A stretch of DNA of 11,432 nucleotides, taken from NCBI GenBank assembly GCA_018816445.1, contig JAHIVO010000028.1, positions 1-11,432 of the forward strand, in the 5' to 3' direction. Position numbers and translations under genes: made by a program. A model generated the notes under the pieces. It was not told the DNA's origin and ran no database searches. It saw nothing but the letters and a program-made list of their open reading frames with translations. The stretch's first letter is position 1, and each line of letters starts with the position of its first letter. The DNA comes from Patescibacteria group bacterium. GTDB lineage: Bacteria; Patescibacteriota; Patescibacteriia; UBA10025; JAHIVO01. Below are positions 6,405 through 11,432 of the stretch, one piece after another.

Positions 6405-6480
6405 TGGAGCGGCAGACCGGACTCGAACCGGCGACCTTTTCCTTGGCAAGGAAACGTTCTACCAACTGAACTACTGCCGC
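6405..6480 (-). tRNA. tRNA-Gly(GCC), CCA encoded
   Basis: Acceptor GCGGCAG/CTGCCGC, D-arm GTTC-AGTTGGTA-GAAC, anticodon stem TTTCC/GGAAA with loop TTGCCAA, T-arm GCCGG-TTCGAGT-CCGGT, discriminator T plus CCA. Confidence 0.9.
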
Positions 6481-6504
6481 GTATTTGCTGCTGCGGCGGG
6501 CAGG

Positions 6505-6538
6505 TTGGCAAGGAAACGTTCTAGCCAACTGAACTACT
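6505..6538 (-). pseudogene. Partial tRNA-Gly copy (D-arm to anticodon loop, ~33/34 nt with one 1-nt insertion) lying 24 nt 5' of the intact tRNA-Gly
   Basis: ttggcaaggaaacgttctagccaactgaactact versus tRNA-Gly ttggcaaggaaacgttctaccaactgaactact (6444-6475). The flanks do not restore an acceptor stem or anticodon stem. Confidence 0.7.
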
Positions 6539-6624
6539 CTCGCGCGTCCAAATGGTGCTATCGGTTTCATTTCTCCGCATTCGCGGAGCAACTACACCTT
6601 TCGCACGCATTTCTCCTTTTCCTC

Positions 6625-6746
6625 GCTGCGTATAATTACGCAGCTCGGATTGTTATTTTTAAATTGTTAAGAACCGTGATGAGAATCTTTTGCGATTCCT
6701 TCTTTACTCGCCGCGTCGTATAGTATATACGCAGCTCGTATTTTTT
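6625..6746 (+). repeat. Two copies of a hairpin plus T-run unit sharing tacgcagctcg (6625-6660 and 6713-6746); terminator-like on the plus strand
   Basis: gctgcgta-taat-tacgcagc followed by tcggattgttattttt. cgtata-gta-tatacg(cagctcg) followed by tattttttattt. Confidence 0.35.
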
Positions 6747-6763
6747 ATTTATACTAGCTCAAG

Positions 6764-6837
<74 letters not shown>

Positions 6838-6870
6838 TAATATTGTTATATTGTTTAAAAATTGTTAAGG
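6838..6870 (-). promoter_or_regulatory. AT-rich promoter-like motif cttaacaattt(t/a)taaa..., repeated at 6649-6672; candidate tRNA promoter (-35-like TTAACA)
   Basis: attgttatWtttWaaattgttaag occurs twice, each 5' of a tRNA or pseudo-tRNA on the minus strand. Hexamer assignment is uncertain. Confidence 0.3.
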
Positions 6871-6960
6871 TTTTGTCTCCCTGCGGGAGATGTCCCGAGG
6901 GGACACAGACCCCTGCCTGGATCCTGCCCCGCTGAATAGCGGGGACTTGGCTACGTGGCC
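6869..6960 (-). pseudogene. Degenerate copy of the tRNA-Cys 5' half (positions ~1-43) interrupted by two GC-rich hairpin insertions, one in the D-loop and one in the anticodon loop
   Basis: cttggctacgtggcc (6946-6960) equals the tRNA-Cys 5' end (6823-6837). cagacccctgcct (6906-6918) and ggttttg (6869-6875) also match tRNA-Cys. The insertions are ~27 nt (ggatcctgccccgctgaatagcggggac) and 30 nt (tctccctgcgggagatgtcccgaggggaca). Confidence 0.65.
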
Positions 6961-7058
6961 AGGCCCTTAAAAAAACAAACATATTTTATTAACTATGTAA
7001 GAATATAATAACAGAAAAATCCATTTATTACAAGTGTTTTCTGGTGGTATTTTTTTCT

Positions 7059-7085
7059 AAAAAGGCCCGTGTTAGGGCCTTTTTA
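7059..7085. terminator. Bidirectional rho-independent terminator (aggccc-gtgtta-gggcct flanked by A-run and T-run), 3' of the 3D-domain gene
   Basis: aaaaaggcccgtgttagggcctttttag: 6-bp GC stem flanked by A5 and T5. Confidence 0.6.
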
Positions 7086-7087
7086 GT

Positions 7088-7591
7088 TTAAAGAATTTCA
7101 ATTGTTGTATATCTAACTCCCCATTGCTTGGCTGCGTCGCGAGTCTCCATCCATATATCAGCCCGCTGCCAATAGCGCTGGTGCATGCGATCTTCAACAA
7201 TAAATATTTTATTACCATATTTTTCTGGGAATCTTACTTTTGTGCCAATAGGCAGAAAGTTGGCGGCGATAATTCCATCACGTACACGGCTGCCAGAAGC
7301 GGTGATAAGGGGGTCGCCTGATGTTTGATCAGGGGTAGACGAATAAGCAGTGACTGAAATTTTCAAAGACCGTTTAGCTTCTGGCTGTGGCCTGTCCGGT
7401 ATTTCCGGTAGGTGCAGTACGGGTGGTTCTTTGGCAATTGAAAAATTTATTTGTGTAGATTCAAAAATGCTTGGCTCTATTTTTATTTCACTGGCTGTAG
7501 CCTGGTATGGGAACGAGAATTCCCCGATTAGGATTATCAGTAGCACGATAATCAGGCGTTTTGCTTCAATTGAGTTAATACTTGTAAACAT
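7088..7591 (-). CDS. 3D-domain (MltA-like double-psi beta-barrel) protein with N-terminal signal/anchor; YuiC/YocH-like cell-wall hydrolase-type protein
   Basis: 167 aa. Hydrophobic N-terminus LIIVLLIILIG. The C-terminus ISVTAYSSTPDQTSGDPLITASGSRVRDGIIAANFLPIGTKVRFPEKYGNKIFIVEDRMHQRYWQRADIWMETRDAAKQWGVRYTTIEIL fits the 3D-domain consensus (TAY..G..T..G......G.IA.....P.GT...I....G...V.D.G..I.G..ID.......A..WG.R.V.V.IL). Confidence 0.85.
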   Translation of the reverse strand: MFTSINSIEAKRLIIVLLIILIGEFSFPYQATASEIKIEPSIFESTQINFSIAKEPPVLHLPEIPDRPQPEAKRSLKISVTAYSSTPDQTSGDPLITASGSRVRDGIIAANFLPIGTKVRFPEKYGNKIFIVEDRMHQRYWQRADIWMETRDAAKQWGVRYTTIEIL

Positions 7592-7672
7592 ATTAGGTTT
7601 TTTATGAATTTAATTAGAGAATTTAGCAATAATTAGCTTTCCTAGGCTAAAATTAGCTAATAACTAGGTATC

Positions 7673-7694
7673 AAAAAACACCCTATCAAGGGTG
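7673..7694 (-). terminator. Hairpin caccc-tgatag-gggtg followed by a U6 run, located ~10 nt downstream of the predicted TSS of the 3D-domain gene; attenuator-like leader element
   Basis: Minus strand reads aatctcacccttgatagggtgttttttgatacc. Confidence 0.4.
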
Positions 7695-7702
7695 AGATTT
7701 GA

Positions 7703-7738
7703 ATCGCCTATCTTAGCAAAATAGTAAAATATGTCAAC
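7703..7738 (-). promoter_or_regulatory. Sigma70-type promoter: -35 TTGACA (7733-7738), 16-nt spacer, extended -10 TGcTAAGAT (7710-7718)
   Basis: Minus strand reads ggggTTGACAtattttactatttTGcTAAGATagg, upstream of the 3D-domain gene (ATG at 7591). Confidence 0.45.
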
Positions 7739-7902
7739 CCCGTATAATAAACATACTATCCACAGGGTATTTTCCAGTATTTATTAGATTATTTAATTTT
7801 TAAAATGGCGACTGAATTTGCGGGGTCAAGGGGATATAGTATGGATGTATTTTTAAGCTTTAATTTGACTTTTTTGGTAGACTATAGAAAAAGCATAGTC
7901 TT

Positions 7903-7911
7903 TGCTATAAT
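7903..7911 (+). promoter_or_regulatory. Extended -10 element TGcTATAAT about 26 nt upstream of the first HPS-like gene start
   Basis: tttGCTATAATtagtatataagtattcatttaatttATG. No convincing -35. Confidence 0.35.
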
Positions 7912-7936
7912 TAGTATATAAGTATTCATTTAATTT

Positions 7937-8605
7937 ATGCGCTTACCAGCTAAAAAAAAATATTTGCAGATTGCCTTTAACCGGACTTGGAGTGAAGTAC
8001 GGGAGATGGTTAATTATTTGCCAGCTTCAGACAGAATACTGGTGGAAGCAGGCACTCCTTTTATAAAAAAATACGGCCAAGAGGGAATTAGCGCACTTGA
8101 TCAATGGTGGTCGGTTAGATTGGGACGGCCTGGTTACGTTGTGGCTGATTTAAAATGCATGGACCGGGGATCTACTGAAGTGGAAGAAGCCGCAGCTGCC
8201 GGAGCTTCAGCTGTTACCTGTTTGGGTTTGGCACCTATTGATACAATCAATGAGTTTATCAAAAAGTGCCAGAATTCACAGGTTGATTCTATGATAAATA
8301 TGCTGAATGTTGATTTTCCATTTGAGGTACTGCAAAAATTAAAAAGTATGCCGGATATTGTCGTGCTGCACCGCGGAGCTGACGAGGGAGTGATTAATAG
8401 AGAGAAGATGCTTAGGCTTGACCAGATTCGTCGGATTAAAGGGGCCTATAATATTTTTATTTCCGTAGCCGGTGGTGAAACATCCAGAGAAGTTATCAGT
8501 TCGGCTTTTAATGATGCTGACATTGTTGTTGTCTGGAGGACTTTTTATGAACAGCCAAAACAGACAACCCAGCTGGCAGAAGATTTTTTAAGGAATGTAA
8601 AATAA
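7937..8605 (+). CDS. OMP-decarboxylase-suprafamily enzyme of the 3-hexulose-6-phosphate synthase / 3-keto-L-gulonate-6-P decarboxylase (HPS/KGPDC) family, paralog 1
   Basis: 222 aa. KYLQIAFN (first beta-strand), VEAGTP, ADLKCMD (DxKxxD), VVLHRGADEG (conserved His), ISVAGGE and ADIVVVW follow the HPS/KGPDC motif pattern. Asn replaces the usual Asp of the LQVALD motif. Confidence 0.8.
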   Translation: MRLPAKKKYLQIAFNRTWSEVREMVNYLPASDRILVEAGTPFIKKYGQEGISALDQWWSVRLGRPGYVVADLKCMDRGSTEVEEAAAAGASAVTCLGLAPIDTINEFIKKCQNSQVDSMINMLNVDFPFEVLQKLKSMPDIVVLHRGADEGVINREKMLRLDQIRRIKGAYNIFISVAGGETSREVISSAFNDADIVVVWRTFYEQPKQTTQLAEDFLRNVK

Positions 8606-8607
8606 CC

Positions 8608-9537
8608 ATGAATCCTTCAGCCGATTCCTTTATTGAAGTTATCCGATCCTTAGTTTGGTTTGTGGTAATATTTTTAATAATATACAGTTTAAAAAAGAAT
8701 AAAAATAAAGCGACCTCGAAGGGCAAGCCCTCATCAAGCAGCCAAACTTTAATTGATCTTATTACACGTTTAAGCCAGGAGGTAGCTAAAAAGAAAGCTA
8801 TGGTGCTACCAGGCAGCCGGCCAAGTGTTGGGTCTCCCCGTTCATTGTTTGCCACCCCGGCATTATTAGCTCCACCGCCGCCTAAATTATCCCAAAAAAA
8901 CAAGTATTTGCAGGTAGCCCTTAATAGCACTTTACACGAAGCGCGGAGTATAATTTATCAGCTGCCGCAATCACACAGGATTATACTGGAGGCCGGCACC
9001 CCGCTTATGAAAATTTACGGTAATGAAGCCATTCGGGCGATGAAATCCGCCGCCTGGCCAGGCGCTTATATCGTAGCGGATATTAAAACTACTGATTTGG
9101 CAGTTCGCGAAGTTGCCGAGGTTGCCCAGGCCGGCGCTAATGCTGCAACATGCCTGGGTGTAGCCCCAGTAGAAACAATAAATGAATTTATTGCCGCTTG
9201 CCGAAAATATGGGCTTGATTCAATGGTTGATATGATGAACGTGGATAATGCGCTGATAGTGCTAAAGAAACTAAAAAAAGTTCCGGATGTAGTCATGCTG
9301 CATCGTGGTGTTGATGAAACCGAATTTTCAAAAGAAAGACAAATTCCTTTTTATCAGATTAAGCAGATTAAAGGGGCATATGATATTATGGTCTCTATTG
9401 CTGGCGGAGATCAGATTCGGGAAGTTCAGCGAGCAGTGTTTAATGACGCTGATATTGTGGTTGCGTGGAAAGATTTTTATCGCCTTAGTTCAGACACAGC
9501 TACTCTGGCTAATCAGTTTTTACATGAAGTAAAATAA
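8608..9537 (+). CDS. HPS/KGPDC-family paralog 2 with ~90-aa N-terminal extension (one predicted TM helix plus Ser/Pro-rich linker)
   Basis: 309 aa. The C-terminal 215 aa are ~45% identical to paralog 1 (KYLQVALN, LEAGTP, ADIKTTD, VMLHRGVDET, VSIAGGD, ADIVVAW). ATG lies 2 nt after the paralog-1 stop. N-terminus LVWFVVIFLIIYSL, then SSSSQ...PPPP. Confidence 0.75.
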   Translation: MNPSADSFIEVIRSLVWFVVIFLIIYSLKKNKNKATSKGKPSSSSQTLIDLITRLSQEVAKKKAMVLPGSRPSVGSPRSLFATPALLAPPPPKLSQKNKYLQVALNSTLHEARSIIYQLPQSHRIILEAGTPLMKIYGNEAIRAMKSAAWPGAYIVADIKTTDLAVREVAEVAQAGANAATCLGVAPVETINEFIAACRKYGLDSMVDMMNVDNALIVLKKLKKVPDVVMLHRGVDETEFSKERQIPFYQIKQIKGAYDIMVSIAGGDQIREVQRAVFNDADIVVAWKDFYRLSSDTATLANQFLHEVK

Positions 9538-9548
9538 TAAGGAATAAA

Positions 9549-9586
9549 AAATAACCCCGAAATTTTTTACCGGAGTTATTTTATTA
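9549..9586. terminator. Bidirectional rho-independent terminator between convergent HPS-like paralog 2 and the SPFH gene
   Basis: aataaccccg-aaattttttac-cggagttatt is a 10-bp stem with one G-U pair, flanked by T-runs on both strands. Confidence 0.6.
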
Positions 9587-9591
9587 TATAT

Positions 9592-10353
9592 TTATTTTTG
9601 AGAATCTTTACCTAAGGCCTTAATCCCTTCCATGACTTCCACCGGCAGGGCAAAGATGACAGTTTTGGACGGGTCTGGATTAATTGCTTCAATAGTCTTC
9701 AGGGTGCGCAGGGACAAACCGCCTTTGGCCATGGAAAGATTCTGGGCAGCCGCTCTGAGGTTTTCCGAAGCGGATAGTTCGCCCTGGGCGCGGATGATAA
9801 CAGCCCGCCGTTCTCTTTCTGACTCAGCCTGTTTAGCCATAGCGCGCTTCATATCCGCTGGCAGTTCAATATCCTGGATTTTAATAGCTGTTACGTTAAT
9901 ACCCCAGGGGTTAGTGGCTTCATCAACGATTTTTTGTATTTCATCAGCAATTTTATCGCGTTCTGCCAGTGAAGTATCCAGCTCAACACTACCAATAACA
10001 TCGCGCAGGGCAGCCTGGGCATATTGGGCTACGGCGGTGGAATAATTTTGGATTTTGAGGATAGCACTCTCGGCTTTCTCAACCTGGAAATATACAACTG
10101 CGTTGATACCGACTGGCACGTTATCCTTGGTAATAACTTCCTGCTGGGGGATATCCACAGTGGTGATACGCAGGTCAACTTTGATCATGCGCTGGATAAT
10201 GGGGAAAATCCAGGTTAAACCCGGAGTCCGGGTGCCGGTGTACTTGCCCAGAGTTAAGATAACACCGCGTTCGTACTGGTTAATAATGCGCAAGCCAGTT
10301 AGCATGAAGAATCCGAAAAAGATGATGATGAAGAAAAAAACTCCTAAAACCAT
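9592..10353 (-). CDS. SPFH/band-7 (stomatin/prohibitin-like) membrane protein
   Basis: 253 aa. N-terminal TM FFFIIIFFGFFMLTGL, then QYERGVILTLGKYTGTRTPGLTWIFP...KDNVPVGINAVVYFQV and a C-terminal coiled-coil Ala/Glu/Arg-rich segment, as typical of SPFH. Confidence 0.9.
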   Translation of the reverse strand: MVLGVFFFIIIFFGFFMLTGLRIINQYERGVILTLGKYTGTRTPGLTWIFPIIQRMIKVDLRITTVDIPQQEVITKDNVPVGINAVVYFQVEKAESAILKIQNYSTAVAQYAQAALRDVIGSVELDTSLAERDKIADEIQKIVDEATNPWGINVTAIKIQDIELPADMKRAMAKQAESERERRAVIIRAQGELSASENLRAAAQNLSMAKGGLSLRTLKTIEAINPDPSKTVIFALPVEVMEGIKALGKDSQK

Positions 10354-10386
10354 ATGTTTTTTATTAATGAAAAATTAACTATAGTA

Positions 10387-10395
10387 ATTATATCA
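10387..10395 (-). promoter_or_regulatory. Extended -10 TGaTATAAT upstream of the SPFH gene
   Basis: Minus strand reads ctaTGATATAATtactatagttaatttttcattaataaaaaacATATG. Weak -35. Confidence 0.35.
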
Positions 10396-10442
10396 TAGAT
10401 AATTTTAATATAAAATCCCTTAATATGTAGAATATTAATAAA

Positions 10443-10470
10443 AAACCGGATAGTATATACTACCCGGTTT
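10443..10470 (-). terminator. Rho-independent terminator (aaaccgg-14-nt palindromic loop-ccggttt plus U-run) immediately after the TAA at 10478-10480
   Basis: Minus strand reads TAActgagccaaaccgggtagtatatactatccggttttttatt. Confidence 0.6.
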
Positions 10471-10477
10471 GGCTCAG

Positions 10478-10663
10478 TTAGAGTTTGATTTTCAGTTCGA
10501 GCCAGCCTTGTTTTCCTTGTACACCTGTTAGATATTCTCCAATATATCCGTTTAGTTCAAGGTTGGGGGTCAATTTGTATAACCAGCCCAGGCCCAGGGA
10601 TTGCTGGTATGAACCTTGCCAGCGCCATTCAGTTTGCAGGCGCAGCTGAAGTGATTCTATTAA
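10478..10663 (-). other. 61-codon in-frame continuation of the upstream ORF beyond its TAG (10664-10666), ending at TAA 10478-10480 directly before a terminator; readthrough, recoding or pseudogene remnant
   Basis: Same frame as 10664-11077. Translation is LIESLQLRLQTEWRWQGSYQQSLGLGWLYKLTPNLELNGYIGEYLTGVQGKQGWLELKIKL with composition similar to the upstream part. Confidence 0.45.
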
Positions 10664-11077
10664 CTAATAGCTCGTGTAATACCTGCCCCAGGACCACCAG
10701 TCCAGGTCAGGATCAATCAGGTCTTTCAGTGCCAGCGTGCGGTTGAAGAAAGTCCAGCGGCCTATTTGCCAGGTTAAAAATAAATCCGTACCCCAGTCTT
10801 TTACTGGCCACTCGGTGTCCCTGATTTCCAGCCGGTTGAACAAAAAGCCATTGATTTGCAGCTTGGCGGTAACATAGCGCGGACCCAGGCCAGCCATTAA
10901 CCAGGGTTTGTCCCCGGTCTGGTACAATAAATACCAGTTCCAGTTTTCAGCCGTATTTATGTAGTAGAGGGTGGCTTGTTTACCGATGTTCTGTTTGACT
11001 TTCAGGGTGTGGGTGGCGGCTGTGGCGTTGGTAATGAGTAGTACCAGGCAGATAAGCAGACATAAAACTGTTTTCAT
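10664..11077 (-). CDS. Signal-peptide, Trp/Tyr-rich beta-type secreted or outer-membrane-like protein of unknown function; 137 aa up to the in-frame TAG
   Basis: MKTVLCLLICLVLLITNATAA signal peptide, preceded by AAGGAG at 11085-11090 (7-nt spacing). The ORF is open upstream to 11146, but the SD supports ATG 11077. About 48% GC. Confidence 0.55.
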   Translation of the reverse strand: MKTVLCLLICLVLLITNATAATHTLKVKQNIGKQATLYYINTAENWNWYLLYQTGDKPWLMAGLGPRYVTAKLQINGFLFNRLEIRDTEWPVKDWGTDLFLTWQIGRWTFFNRTLALKDLIDPDLDWWSWGRYYTSY

Positions 11078-11094
11078 TAAAATTCTCCTTGGGT

Positions 11095-11432
11095 TTATTT
11101 GAAGAACTGAATGCTTTGGATCGGCATGAAATCGGTAAAAGCCCAAGCTTTCCAGCTACCGTCACCTGAGACATCGGTACTGTGAATAAATTCAAGCATA
11201 ATACCTTCCCGCATACCCGGTGAGTAAAGTCGTAGCATCCACCCCCTGTTTATTCCTCCATCCTTTGAGCAGCTGTGCATGTCATAGGCGGCGATCACGA
11301 AGCCGTAGATGTTTCTGTGAAGATTTTCGGGCTTTATTGCGCCGTCATCAACACCACTAATGGCAACGAACGTCACCTTCATGCCCAAAAGTTTCTGCGG
11401 TTTTGATGGCAAGCCAATACCTGGATTGGCGG
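11095..11432 (-). CDS. Hypothetical protein, 5'-truncated by the window end (frame open to 11432); no family recognised
   Basis: ...LPSKPQKLLGMKVTFVAISGVDDGAIKPENLHRNIYGFVIAAYDMHSCSKDGGINRGWMLRLYSPGMREGIMLEFIHSTDVSGDGSWKAWAFTDFMPIQSIQFFK. TAA at 11095-11097 is followed 4 nt later by the SD of the next gene. The M of the ORF track is a TTG codon and the frame stays open to the window edge. Confidence 0.45.
   Translation of the reverse strand, partial: ANPGIGLPSKPQKLLGMKVTFVAISGVDDGAIKPENLHRNIYGFVIAAYDMHSCSKDGGINRGWMLRLYSPGMREGIMLEFIHSTDVSGDGSWKAWAFTDFMPIQSIQFFK

Noticed and set aside
7124-7607. ORFs 7124-7321 (+) and 7350-7607 (+)
   Set aside because: Antisense shadows within the 3D-domain CDS.
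8508-9532. ORFs 8508-8930 (-), 9066-9296 (-) and 9305-9532 (+)
   Set aside because: They overlap the two HPS-like paralogs in other frames or strands and have no motifs. The paralog homology fixes the real frames.
9632-10378. Plus-strand ORFs 9632-10045, 10024-10218 and 10055-10378
   Set aside because: Antisense shadows inside the SPFH gene, whose family assignment is unambiguous.
10664-10666. Genome-wide TAG-to-sense recoding to explain the in-frame TAG
   Set aside because: The 7TM gene (2682) and the SpoU gene (5724) appear to terminate at TAG at sensible positions. The latter sits exactly at the tRNA-fragment boundary.
10980-11195. ORF 10980-11195 (-), 71 aa, and the N-terminal 23 codons of ORF 10664-11146
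   Set aside because: These are alternative frames or an upstream extension overlapping the end of the 11095-11432 ORF. The AAGGAG SD plus signal peptide point to ATG at 11077 as the real start.

Overview
This 11.4 kb window is bacterial and compositionally two-part. Bases 1–7600 are AT-rich, roughly 30–40% GC in the stretches I sampled, and few genes there have a Shine-Dalgarno (SD) sequence. Bases 7937–11432 run roughly 47–52% GC.

Left part, minus strand:
- A tightly packed three-gene cluster: a RimK-like ATP-grasp ligase, a signal-peptide/PKD-like/7TM membrane protein, and a 779-aa fusion of an alpha-L-glutamate-ligase-like ATP-grasp with a DUF1704/MATCAP-like HExxxH metallopeptidase.
- A tRNA cluster (Leu-TAA, Gly-GCC, Cys-GCA). 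Each intact tRNA is preceded on its 5' side by a partial copy of its own 5' portion.
- For tRNA-Leu, the duplicated 18-mer flanks a ~340 bp cassette carrying a small GIY-YIG nuclease gene and paired hairpins.
- A TrmL-like SpoU methyltransferase gene lies immediately upstream.
- A family of GC-rich hairpin elements is scattered through this region.

Further along are a 3D-domain (MltA-like) protein gene with a strong sigma70-like promoter followed by a terminator-like leader hairpin, and two tandem paralogous HPS/KGPDC-family (OMP-decarboxylase suprafamily) genes. Both paralogs carry Asn in place of the conserved first-strand Asp, and the second has an N-terminal TM/Pro-Ser-rich extension. The window ends with an SPFH/band-7 gene, a signal-peptide Trp-rich protein ORF interrupted by an in-frame TAG, and a 5'-truncated hypothetical ORF.

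I found no CRISPR array, rRNA or obvious transposase.
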